NCBI GenBank assembly: GCA_973895155.1
Contig: OZ316897.1
Coordinates: forward strand, 21,923,455 to 21,987,454
DNA length: 64,000 nucleotides
Direction: 5' to 3'
From: Marsupella aquatica
Lineage: Eukaryota > Plantae > Marchantiophyta
Made by a program: the position numbers and the translations under genes
Part shown: in pieces, positions 41,301-53,700 of the stretch
Layout: the number at the start of each line of letters is the position of its first letter
Numbering within the stretch: position 1 is the first letter of the stretch
The notes under the pieces: generated by a model
The model's input: the letters and a program-made list of their open reading frames with translations, nothing else
Told to the model about the DNA's origin: nothing
The model's database searches: none

Positions 41301-42064
41301 ACTAGCATTTCACAGTTGGTCAAGACACCTGGAAAAACTACTAGGGGCGTGATTCTCAAAAGTGAAGTGCCCTTCTTAAGATAGCCTGACAATGTGGGTG
41401 TCACAGTCCATGAGGACGGGCAAAACAAACCCCTCGGTCCATCTGGGCTGAACTTTCCTAGTTTGGATGTAGGCCCATGTGCTGAAGAAAAGCCATATAT
41501 TAATTAGGTTTCTAACAAGTTTTGCCACATCAAAAGAAGTTTGGTTTTTTTTGTCGTTAAATTATTTCCGTGGATTCTTTGATTTTGAGAGGGACAAGAG
41601 TTTAGTAGACTAAAATAAAACTTCACATAGTCAATTGGACATAAAGTCATTATAAGGGTTCTGATTAAAAACTTGTCTTATGAAAAGGGCCAGTTGCATG
41701 CATACCTCCCCAAAATCTTAACCTCCCCAAAATTAGTGTTTGCACCTTCAGATTGACCCTACATACCCATTTATCCCTCTTGCCTCACATCCTTTGCCCT
41801 CCCATATGAAACAAACAGAAAACAAGAAAAAAAATACTTATAGTAGAAAAAGGGAAACTGAAACAATCAATGAGTACTTAGTACATGTGACTAATTAAGA
41901 GCAAAAACACAGGGCACTCAATGAGTGTCCAGCCAGGGTTAGAGTAAAGATTGTACTTATATGTGAGAGATCTATGGGGTTGGGGGAGGAGGGGTGATAG
42001 TGTTGACCCTTTAAAGTATATGCCAAAAGTGTCGTCAAAAGAACCTGATTGACATGTAAGAGAG

Positions 42065-42066
<2 letters not shown>

Positions 42067-42095
<29 letters not shown>
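42067..42095. repeat. (CA)n microsatellite
   Basis: Seen directly. Confidence 0.95.
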
Positions 42096-42097
<2 letters not shown>

Positions 42098-42429
42098 GGC
42101 ATATACATATACACTGCCAATGAACAAAAAGTGCCTAACCCGGAGACAGGTTTTTATTTTCACAATATTCATTCACCCCCAAATCCTGAATATTAACATT
42201 TTTCATTTATCTGTTGTGGTAGTGGGGGAGTCTTCATTTGATAATATTATATCTGTTAAAACTACAAGTACTGTATGAGGGCAAGGCTTAACCCAAGGAT
42301 CACCCTTTCCCACAAGTCCTAACTATTAGGCTAGATTTGAAGTTTGTGTTAGTATAGATACAAAGGTTTTCAGCATATATGTTAATTAGACTTAGTTTTA
42401 ACTTTGTACCTTTAAGTTGCAATCCCGGT

Positions 42430-42675
42430 TCCAATTGAGATTGCACACATTTGTGCTACTGGAAAACTTTACATTCCAATTGAGAGTGCACATGATTCTG
42501 ATACTTGAGACGTTTACATTTAAATTGAGAGTGCACATGATTATGGTCCTTTTCATTCCATGGTCCTTTTCATTCGAATTGATTGAAAGTGCACACGATT
42601 GTGATAGTTGAGATCTCTTTGACCCCTTTTGATTCTAATTGCGAGTGCACACGATTGTGGTACTTGAGATCTTTT
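42430..42675 (+). repeat. Degenerate repeat with core ttgagagtgcacatgatt
   Basis: About five copies of the core at irregular spacing. Confidence 0.7.
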
Positions 42676-43300
42676 TGAGACTGCTACAATATAGTGAGTG
42701 CAATTGTCGATCTCAATGCTTAATTTCCTTCTTTTAGTGATAATTGAATTTTTGATTTAGTTTAATACAGTGAATGCATGTGACTTGCTCAATGCTTAAT
42801 TTCTTATGGTGATGACTGAATTTTTAATTTACTTCATGAGGTAGATTGTTTGTTTGTTTTCCATTATTTTAGAATTACAAGATACCCTATTTAATTTCTT
42901 TAAGTTTTGAAATTTTCACAAGACTAGTTGCCTCACTGAGTAGAGGATGTCCTGAAACCCATCGTCCTTTAAAGATCATGTGCTAATTTCTAATCAGGCA
43001 AAACTGAAATCAAGCAAAAAAGATTTAGGTTGAAAACTCAGTCTCTAGATGTAATTGGAGTATCACGTGTTTCTTCAAAGATAATCATTTGGATAAGAGG
43101 ACCCTATAACAGAAAGTGAAACTGAACTTTGTCCCATCTAAATTTATTTTTATTTTTATGGAAAACAGAATGCCTGGTACGACTGTGAGAAATATATACT
43201 CAATGGTGATTGATTGCATGATTATGATACCCGAAATTTTGACCCCTCTCATGCAGAATGAACGTTCCCACAGAACATGACCGCGCATAACCAGCAGCAC

Positions 43301-43628
43301 GGTGGAAATCATTTGATACTAGCTGGAAAGAAATGAATTGCACTCAATTAGTGTCATCCTTTGGAACAGTGGACATTGATACTAGCTGGAAACAAATGAA
43401 TTGCAACTCAATTAATGTCATCCTTCGGAACGGTGGAAATTGATACTAGCTGGAAAGAAATGAATTGCACTCAATGAATGTCATCCTTTGGAGGGTGGAA
43501 ATTGATACTGGCTAGAAAGAAATGAATTGCACTCAATTAATGTCACCCTTTGGAACGGTGGAAATTGAAATTGATACTAGCTGGAAATAAATGAATTGCA
43601 CTCAATTAATGTCATCCTTTGGAACGGT
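43301..43628 (+). repeat. Five copies of a 62-bp unit directly upstream of the copy-2 TATA-like box
   Basis: gtggaaattgatactagctggaaagaaatgaattgcactcaattaatgtcatcctttggaac starting near 43301, 43369, 43431, 43493 and 43555. Confidence 0.95.
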
Positions 43629-43694
43629 AAGACCTCCGAAACAAGACTTGGACCCACGATCCAGACTTGGAAGAAAAACTCTACACCAGACTAG

Positions 43695-43702
43695 TATTTA
43701 AG
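43695..43702 (+). promoter_or_regulatory. TATA-like box of copy 2
   Basis: agtatttaagc is conserved in inverted form near 34910-34920, upstream of the conserved 5'-UTR intron (43823-44123). Confidence 0.5.
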
Positions 43703-44148
43703 CAATGCAAAACACTGTAACTCGTATCACTCTTCCATTCACTATATATTGTACAAGTGAATTCGCATTTGAACTCGTGGCGGATCAATTCTAGTACCTT
43801 ACCTGACCTGAATAACAAATCGGTAAGTTAGCCTCGTGAGACAAACCTTCTGTGAAGACAATTGCGCAACACATAAATTTCAATTATGCCGTTGCTTTCA
43901 CTCTCATGCAGCAGCCTCAGAACATGCGCAGACAACTGGATTCTATTTTTTTGTGCCAAGCTTTCGCACATGGATGCCAAATCTGTTTGATGCACAAAGC
44001 TGTTTTCGTTGTTTTTCCCCAGTTACGTACGCGGAACATTATTTGAATGTCTGATAATATAGCAAGCGCTTCTAGCCCATGCGATTGTTTCGCTGAACTA
44101 ACTGAGGGATGGGAACTTTGCAGGACCATTTCAACCTTTTTTACGATC

Positions 44149-44691
44149 ATGGACAAGATCGGCGCAAAGGGCGTCATGTACGCAGTATTGCCAATGCTTC
44201 TGTTGTTGAAGTTCTCAGGCCTCGTTGCAGCAGTTGATATCATCTTCTACGAAAGCACCTCACAGTGCAGTGGGAGAGGCTACTCATGCAATAACATCCC
44301 ACCCCAAGTTTGTTGTATAGTGAATGCACAGGACGGTGGCTCTGTGCTGGTCACAAGCACATCTGGAAGTTCTCAGGCCAGCAAATGTCACAGAGATGGA
44401 GGCTGCACCACGCAGGTCGGCTCGGGCAACGGGAATGTCTGCTATCCGGGTGGCCAGTTCACGGGAGCTTTCTGGTACAACGCTCGACGCCGATTGCTCC
44501 TGACTGATTCCGAGACATGTGACAGCCAGATGAAGCCTACTGCTGTAGTCTACACGGACGATGGCATGAAGGGCAACTGGATCCTCACAACCTCCGAAGC
44601 ATCTGAGATGTACTCACAGATGCAGCATATCCCCGACGCAGAGAAAGCAAAGTGGCTCGAGTCTCATGGTGCTTCTTACAAGCAGCTGTGA
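44149..44691 (+). CDS. Secreted Cys-rich precursor, copy 2 (180 aa, 8 Cys)
   Basis: Signal peptide ending VAA|VD, RRRLLL motif, intact frame, 5'-UTR intron GT at 43823 to AG at 44123. Confidence 0.9.
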   Translation: MDKIGAKGVMYAVLPMLLLLKFSGLVAAVDIIFYESTSQCSGRGYSCNNIPPQVCCIVNAQDGGSVLVTSTSGSSQASKCHRDGGCTTQVGSGNGNVCYPGGQFTGAFWYNARRRLLLTDSETCDSQMKPTAVVYTDDGMKGNWILTTSEASEMYSQMQHIPDAEKAKWLESHGASYKQL

Positions 44692-46539
44692 AGTGGGTGC
44701 GCGAAAGAAAGTGATGACAGACTAGCTAACGTGATTTCCAGGAGGAAAGCTAGCATTGTGATTAAGCATCAACACGTACGCGGCCTTCATCGGTTGGGTA
44801 GTTTCGCTTTAAGGTTACCGTCAAATGTCGGATGTAGAGTGTCAAAAGAGATAATATATAGTAGATAGTTGCATTTGCAAGACGTATGATACTTGCACTC
44901 CAATCGTGATAGCGTCAGTTGTCAAGCTGCCGACAACTTTCTGTCTCGCTATATAAGATAGGAGAATAAATCGACGGAGTTAATTAGGGTAGGGTAGGGT
45001 AGTTGTGAGCTCCACATTACGCATTGGTGACAATTCTTACTGGGAATGACGGCTGCCGCATATTCATATACTTCCGTGACTATCTTATCATTCAGTAAAG
45101 TTTCTTGGTTTTTATGTCTTCAATTGAATACCGACTGGACTGTAGATTGTAGTTGCGCTTGATAAACTTATGAAGAACGAATATGTTTTGCACGAGTATG
45201 CTTCAAAAGAGTTTGTCATCGTTTTTTTCTTAGGCGCAATTCGTGTTGTCCTTGGAGTTCATTCGCCAAAATTAAATGATATCACATCACTCACAGCGAG
45301 TGTAAGTTCGCGTGCCAGTATGCTGCTAAAGCAAATTATTATGTCTACATCCCACCACGAAAGTTATTTAACAGTACGTGCGAGCTAGAGAAATGAAAGG
45401 AACAATAGCTGAAAATGCTCATGTGGTGTTGTTATGTTTCGACCCAGCGCCCTAAACGTTATCGATTTCCCTCGCCGTCCCTGTGATATCCTCTGAAATT
45501 GGTGGCGCTTTTGTGATAGCAACGCTAGAATCTGAAAGAAACTGATTCGTACGATTTCACAAGACTTTACTTGAATCTGCTCAAATCGTTCTCTGTGATT
45601 TCAGAAGCCAGGGAGCGAAGTGACTGTTTTCTTGTTATTAAATTTTCGTGACATCTCTCTACGTACGCAGTAAAATTAACCGTGAGGCCAACATCGCTCG
45701 ATCAGATATTAACGGTAGTCATGTACCCCTCGCAGTCATATTACCCCTCGCTTCCATTCTCAGGAGTGCAGTTGGGAAATCATTTTAGTACGTTAGAGAC
45801 TGTCTTGCACCCGTGTCATGGACTGTCGGGTGCAGTGCTACAACCATGCGTTAGTCCAGGTGTTTTTACATAATTGAGGCGATCAGAAATATAACGATTC
45901 AATAATAGCTGCGGAAGAGCATATGGATCCTTATATTGGTAGCGCTCGCAAAACCGAGAATCTTGACGACAGGTCTTCTCCCTTTGACATAATGTACTTT
46001 GGTTTAGGGTTTTACGGTTCCGACCCGAGAAAGCAACGTACAGCCGCACGGATGTATTGGTAACTAAGTATAATTATGGATAACTTCCTGCAATCAGACT
46101 TCGAACCGTCCGGAACAAAATGCGCGAAAGAGAGAACTAAGACTAGGGAGGATTTCATTGTACGGTATAATCTCGGCGGGGATCTCGGGATCCAACAGCA
46201 GAGCGATCTCTGGGGGACTTAGATAATCCTAAACCACCGATAGAATGAAAACATGGGGGCGGGGGAGCGATATGCATTATATCGTTTATGTTCCTTGCTT
46301 TTGCAACCTTTATCTGATGATCCTGGGGACGTAACCGCGTGTGGGGCGGGAGCCTCCATCAGTCAGTCCCTAATGTATAGCTTACAGTCCCTTGCCGGCC
46401 ACTCTATCATGGCCGGCCTAGCTACAGTAGCTACGAATTGATAATCCAGAGATGTTTCTCTATATGCAACGACTTTCTGAATGTGCAATTATCGAGAACA
46501 CAAATTATCTGGATTGGAACTAGTGACTAAATTTTCATA

Positions 46540-47050
46540 ACCATTCTGTTTCATTTTGGTAACATAGTCTAAGTGTTTAGGCACAACCTAATATTTTGGT
46601 TAAGAGTAATGATTCTTACTAGATTAAGAGTAATGATTCTAGAGTATTGAGTCATGATTTATAGAATCTTGGTTTATGTTATGCCAAATACTTATTCTCT
46701 ATGGAGTTGTGATTAATGTTTGGACAACACTACTTTCCAAGGGAGTCATGCTTGTTTGGTAACAAAGTCTAAATGTTTAGGCATAACCTAGTATTTTGGT
46801 TAAGAGTAATGATTCTAGAATCTTGGTAGATGTTTTGTCAAATGTTTCTTTCTTGATGGAGTAAGGGTTTATGTTCTTGCAACACTTCTTTTCAATGGAG
46901 TCATACCTATTTTGTAATAGAGTCTAAATGTTCAAAGGGAGCCTAATACTTTGGTTGAGAGTCATGATTGATAGAGTCTTGATTTATGTTGTGCCAAATA
47001 CTTATTCTCTATGGAGTGGTGGTTTATGTTTTGGCAACACTTTTTCCCAA
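46540..47050 (+). repeat. Degenerate tandem repeat, roughly 190-200 bp period
   Basis: ggtaac..agtctaa.tgtttaggcac/taacc...ttttggttaagagtaatgatt recurs near 46558, 46758 and 46914. Confidence 0.7.
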
Positions 47051-49019
47051 AAAGTTGATGGCACAAAGTCAATTGGGCAGGAGTGGCTGACAAAAAGTTT
47101 TGGGTGCCAAAACATAAACCTGAAGTTGATGTCGCAAAGTTGATCGGGCCGGAGCACATGAGTTAAATCGTAGAGTTAGTATTGGTTTGTGTTCTGCCAA
47201 ACTTGGGCCAGAGCGGGCAGCAGCATTGGGGACCCAATGCTGGGATGGGTAGTGTATGGCACCCCGAGAAAGTGGGGGAGCATTAACTTGATGTAGATTT
47301 AACTTAGGGTCTTCCTGGCCAATATAGTGAGATCATTTCCAATCGATCATAGTAGTTGCGCAAACATGGATACAGCCCTGGATAGAGATGAGCATTCAGA
47401 TCAACTTGCCCATGGATAAGCATATCTAGGGTAAAGTGTTTAATATATTTTGTCACAGAAAGTACATTACAGGAGATTTAGTTTAGTACTCCATGCCAAG
47501 AAAATGCATCGCCTGATCTTGTGAGACAGGGGAGGCATCAAAAATTTCTTAATGGGAAACCGGCTCATCAATTTGTTCTTGACAACAAGGCTGCTGATAT
47601 AGCATGTTCATCCTAGAACATGTCTCTTTTTTGTCTTCTAGTGATATTCATTTAAGTAGGGACATGTAAAATATATGCACATAAAATCACATTATGACCA
47701 AGAAAGTACAAAGGTACTAAAGAGTTGAGTTGTGCACATACAGTACAGATTTTCATTTGCTTCTAGGTAATGACATTCAACTCAATTAAAACCATAAATT
47801 TTGCAAAGTAAATCATGAGGGGAACTTAATACACCAGATGTTCACATTGATCAAATTCATTTCTTACACTCTCATGAGAAAAAAGAGAATTCACTAAGGA
47901 GTGAAAAGGAAAGATTAAACCTTGATGAGGGGAGCCAATACATTCAAAATACTCTAAGTTCACTAAAATTAAGAGGGGTCCTAAAGTTAATTCAAAATCA
48001 AATTAATACAAATGATTTACATTGTTAAGGCACATTGAAATCAAAATACTTGACACAAAATATGAATGAGAGGCCTCATTCACAATTGGAGGACCCAAAA
48101 GGAACGTCACACTCAAAAGTGACCATAGTTTATTATGCTTTAGGATATCATTTTTAGGGTGTAATGAGATGATATAGAAAATTTGATGTACTATACTTAA
48201 TAAACATCCTATAGATTGGTAACATTCATTAAACTATCTAGCATTTGAGACTTTGAAGCTTTCCTTATATGTCCTTCAAAGATTGATAAAAGGACTTGTC
48301 ACGCAACGGGTCACATCATTTCAGGACTCAAAAGGACTCTAAAAAATGCATTTTATATAATGAAATTTTACCAAAGCATGCATACTAATCGCATAATCTT
48401 ATATTTCAAAACTTAAATAGTGACACACAGTAAACCTTTATATACAGGACAAAAATAATCAGTAATTTTGGCTTATTTAGGGCCATCAATAACAGGATCC
48501 CTTAAAACAGTTGAAACTTTGATGTATCTACACGGTGAGGTAGGTTACACCATGCAAAATAGTCTTGTGAAAAAATTAGACTTAAATGTCTTGAGATAAA
48601 ATCATGATGAACCTTTTTCCATGTTACGAAAGTCAATTTTCACTAAAAAAACATGTTTTTGAGTCCTGAAAGTGGTTCCTGCAAGGTACACCCAATTGTG
48701 AATGAGGCCGAGACAAAATCTGAAAGGTGGATTCACCATATAGCAGCCTCAAGAAAAGCTGAGTCGGTTCCTACCGTAGTTCCTAATGGCCTGAATTGTT
48801 CAGCTGCTTAATTTATTCTATCACGTTTTATGTCTGCAGATCAGAGGATAACTGACAGAGGTTGGGTTCCGAGAGAGTTATTCAGTGTTGGAGGCTTACT
48901 TTGGTTGTCCTTCGGATGCCTTGCTTACATTTTCTCCATGGACTCTATGGAACAGAAATATGCCCTTAGTCATTGAAGAAACAAATTGTGCTTCAATGGC
49001 TAGAAACACCGGCCCCCCT

Positions 49020-51618
49020 GGCGAGGTCACCTTGACGGCCCTTCAAGATCTCCATCCACAGCCCTATGATCAGCTCCCTTTGTTCGTGGAGGATTTTGAG
49101 CCTGAGGAGAATCTTCAGTTTAGTAGGGACCACTTCACCTATGCCTTCCTCCATGCCCCGCGTTGCGCGGCTGGTGGCCCCTCTGGCTATGTCTTTGAGC
49201 ATTTTCGTGATTTATTCCCCCCTGAGGATCCTTAGTCTGGTTTTCCAGTTTTCTTCTCCTTTTGCCAGTGTATTGTAGCCGACCGTTTGCCTCCTCCCGT
49301 CTCTCGGCTTTTGAGTGCTTCTCGTTTACTGGCCATGGCTAAGTCTTCACCGGGTGTTCGGCCCATAGCTATTGGAGAGGTTTTTCTTCGTCTGGTGTCT
49401 CGCACACTTTCATCGCAGTATCGCTCTGCACTATCGGATCATCTATCTCCACATCAGTTTACAGTGGGCGTTCCGGCGGTTGTGAGACAGTTATTGCGGG
49501 TATTCGTACTACCTTGGACCTCCACCCTGATTGGGTTGTCCTCCAGGTTGATGTCTCTAATGCTTTCAGTACGGTTTCTCGGGCAACAATTTTTTGTGCT
49601 TTGGGGCGGCGGATCCAGACATCCAGTCCCTTATCCCCTTTGTCCGTTGTTTTTATGGACTCGAGGCCCCCCTCTTCTATAGTCATCACACCTCTACAGG
49701 AGTGTATACCACTCTTTCTTCTGCAGAAGGTACACGTCAGGGTGACCCTTTGGGTGGGCCTCTTTTTGCCATTGCCCATTTTACTGCTTTACGGGAAGCC
49801 TCCGTGGCCCACCCCGAGTGTATCTTCCCCTCCCTTTCAGATGACACCCACATCATTGGTCCACCTGTTGCGGTTACTTTTGCCCTCGCCACCCTTTCCA
49901 CCCATTTGTTGGGCCTCGGTTTACGGGTTCAGCCAGTGAAGAGTCATGCATGGAGTCCAGCTGGGTTACCCTCTGATCTTGCGCTTCCCCCTGGGTACTT
50001 ACGCCCAAATGACGGTCTTCGGGTCCTTGGCTCCCCAGTCGGTACCGCCTCCTTTTGCTCATCTTTCATTGCTGACGCTCTACAGGCTGCCTTAGCCCCT
50101 ACTTCTATGCTCCCTAAGTTAGGAGATTCTCAGGCAGCATTTGGGTTGTTATTGCGATGCATCCACCCTCGCGCGTCCTATTTGGCTCGGACACATCCCC
50201 CTACGGAGGATCTGTATCTACACCTCCGAGCGTTTGATGTCTCCATTCGTGAGACTTTGGCTTCTCTTTTAGGGCCAGGTACTTTGCTCTCATCTCCGTG
50301 GCTTCATCGACAGCTCAGTCTTCCTATTTCTCACGGTGGTTTTGGGCTTACTTCCACTGAGCGCCTTGCACCTTTGGCCTTTTTGGGTGCGTGGGCGGCC
50401 GCCTTCTCATTGTTGGCAGATTGTTTCCTTGCTGAGGATCGACCTTTTTTACTTTCGTCTCTTATGGAGGTAGAGGAGGGTTCCCTCCCATTTCAGGTTC
50501 ATTTGCGCGTGGCGCGGTCATCATTACCAGATCCTATTCGAGCTGCGTTACCTTCATTTCAGGAGTTTTTATCCTTGGACCCCGTCCGTCTTCAGGCAGA
50601 CCTTGCTGGGCGTATGCACGCTTTCACCCTCTCCAGCATCCTCAACAAGGCACCTGACATGGACCGAGCTCGGATTCTTTCTTCTGGAGGGAAGGGCGCA
50701 GGAGGTTGGCTTCAGGCCAATCCAGTCATTCCTCACCTACGGATGTCTTCAGTGGAGTTTGCGACAACCATGCGTCTTCGTATGGGCTTGCCGCACCCAC
50801 TTCTTGCTGGTTTACCTCCTACTTGCACTTGTGGGAAGCCTTGTGATGCCACAGGTGTCCATCTTCTTCGGTACAGTTTGGGCGGCGAAACCATTTTTGT
50901 TCACGATGTTGTGAGAGATGCCACTGCTCAGGTTCTTTCTGGCTCTTTGGTCTGCGCACGGCGGGAGGTGGTGCTCGAGTTACCTGGTCCTCCACACAGC
51001 AGTTACGGGTGGATCTTACCATGGTCCGTGAGGGTCACCGTACTTTGGCAGATGTAGTGGTGGCAAACCCATTGCGCCAAGACATCATTGGGACAGCGGC
51101 AACAACGGCAAGGGCAGCAACATCACGAGCAGCAACAACGAAGGAGGCCAAATATGTTGCACGAGCTTCATCTGATAGCTTCCTGCCCCTTGCTCTTGAG
51201 ATATTTGGGCGTCTCCATCCTCATTTCGACGGGCTTCTTCGCCAAGCTGTTCGGGATGTTCACGGCCGGATGGGTCCCACTGGACCTCCGCTATCTGTTT
51301 TGACCACGCACTTTCGCCAACGCATTTCAGTCACCTTACAGCGTGCTCAAGCTCGGGCCATCTATCGTCGATCTTTGACAGTGGGTGCTAGTGTGACTCC
51401 ACAGCGGCTAGCCCCCCTAGAGGACTTGATGTAGACCATTAGCTTTTTGCCACATTTGCTAGGAATGATGAGAACCTCGGTCCATTTGCGGTAGTTTTAG
51501 CTACTCTTTCTTAGTTTTTAGGGGTTTCCTTTTGCTCATTTCTTTTGTGTTTGGTTTTGTCCACTTGGGACCTCTCTTGTTTATTCTTTTGTACTCTATT
51601 TGACCCTTTTATGTAAAA
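49020..51618 (+). mobile_element. 5'-truncated CRE-clade (RT plus restriction-like endonuclease) non-LTR retrotransposon, decayed
   Basis: AAGGPSG, RPIAIGE, QVDVSNAF, GTRQGDPLGG, SDD, GLRVLGSPVG, GGFGL; then CTCG...H, VHD, D...DV, KEAKY, PLALEIFG. Stop at 49233 and several frameshifts; T-rich 3' UTR ending in a short A run. Confidence 0.85.
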
Positions 51619-52969
51619 AGTATGTGTTATATTCTTCATTGTGCTTGGGAAAACATGATAAATATATCTGTTCCAGCTGGCGAGCTATCATTGATGTGAT
51701 TTAGAAACCATCTTTTATCCAATCAGGCGTCAACTGATGACCTTTTAATTTCCTTCCCACGATCAAGAGAAGCACTGGGAAGGGTGAAAAAGGGGCCCCA
51801 TATTTCTTGAGCACTGTGTTATTCTCTCACACAACAATGTTGCATTGAGTACTTGACAACTCGGGTGGCTTTCCTGAATGGTTAGCAACGACCAGATGGC
51901 GGGCCCAAATGTATTGATGCGAGGTCAGGTCAACAAAGCTACATGCTTCTACTACCGTATACCTGTGCTTTTTTCCTGAAATATGATTGAAGAGTACAGG
52001 ACGAAGAGGCTTACGTAGCGCTTTGCTAGCAAACCAGACCTAGTCGCCTAGTTGGAAATTTGATTAATGTTTGTTTCGAGACACAAAAACAAATCTTTCA
52101 CAAGTTGACAGAATCATATGAGGGCTGGAGATGGTTCGTTTGTGTTCAGGTCAGTATGGAAACACTTCAGACTTCACGGGCTTAATTTGTGAAGAACAGA
52201 ACGTCCAATTTGTTCAGGTTGAGCCGAACAAACGAGGGCAATCCGAAAATTATTCATAGTCAGATCAAGTGATGGGACAACACCCTTCGGAATCTAACTT
52301 TTTCAATTTGATCAACGACCAGTCTGAATAATTAAATGATCTCAAGCCATTTCTGTATTGGTTTAATGACAGACAACTAAAACTACCGGTTTCTTCTTAA
52401 AGAGCTACATGTGACATTCCCTAATTTGAATTCTAAAATATGGGATGTGCCGAGCGACTACCGTCATAAACATTTTGGCAGTATGAAGGTCTTTGGGGAT
52501 GTGCTAATCGAACGCCTGTCAGCTGCATTGGGGCCGATTAACTCTCCTTGATTTGAGCATCTGCACGTTTCTCAAGTCCCTCTCCTCGAACTTGCTGCGA
52601 AACTATACAGAATGGCGGGTCGACATCTCTGCGGTTCAGCAACGGTAGTCGGTATCAAGAACCAATCTCTCAGTAATTAGATCTCCCTACCACCGTAAAC
52701 CAATCGCTCAGTAAGTGATGTTACTGACAGGAATTCAAAACAGCATTTGCGGAATGACGGGTGTTGTTGTGAGTAAAAAGGGTCGTTCGATTGCGTCGAC
52801 CATGGTTGAGAGTTGTGTGCTTGAGCCACAGGAAACGATAATTGGTGGTATAGAAAATCAGCCTCTCAATATTTTAACTAGATGCAGAGGAATCTAGATA
52901 TGCCCTATGAACAATCTTTGATTTTCAATAAAGATGTAACCAGTTATTGGCGGTACGGACAATCATTCT

Positions 52970-53700
52970 GTCGATATTTCTCGATGCGAAGACGAATCTA
53001 TAAAATGCATTTTCCATAAAGATGATGGGTGTTTACGTACCGCGGACAAGAATTGACTGGCTTCAACATTTCTTCACCTCGCCTTGGTATACAAACCATG
53101 ATACGCTGGTACAGATTCATGCATGGAGGGTTGGGACAGATTCAAGCAGCACTATAGATTCAAGCTGCACTATAGGCGCTGGCGAGATGGGGAGGACTTC
53201 AAGTTGCCTCCTCAAGAATCTTTGATATTCCATACAGATATACACTGCAACCGATGGTACCGAGAGACAGTCTCTCAATATTTTCTCGATGCGAAGAGTA
53301 ATCTAGAAATGCATGTTCCATAAAGATGATGGGTGTTGTTGTACCGTGGAGAAGAATTGCCTGGATTCAACATTTCTTCACCTCACCTTGGGTTTACTAT
53401 CCATGATACGCTGATACAGATTCAAGTCAGAAGAGTTATATTGGTGCTACCGAGAATAAATTGTTGACGAGTTCCAGTTGCGTCCAGAAATATCTTAGGT
53501 TTCCCGTAAAGGATGTTGGGGCCATTGTGACTAGGAGGAAGAATTATCTTTGGATGACATTTCTTCACTTCGCCTTGGTTTACATATCGCATCAGATTGG
53601 CACAGGTTCAATTGAAGAGAAATTCAAAGTTGCCTAGTGAAGGATTGTTGAAGAATATTTGATTTCCATCATAATGATGGGTGTTGAAGTGATGAAGAAT
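52970..53700 (+). repeat. Diverged direct repeats of about 300 bp, possibly a coding remnant
   Basis: ttctcgatgcgaaga...ccataaagatgatgggtgtt...caacatttcttcacctc at about 52979 and 53282; a weaker third copy near 53500. Confidence 0.6.

Noticed and set aside
43301-43628. CRISPR array
   Set aside because: Head-to-tail repeats with no unique spacers.
44047-44148. Upstream start extending copy 2 (likewise 34470-34496 for copy 1)
   Set aside because: These starts lie in the conserved 5'-UTR intron and would displace the signal peptide.
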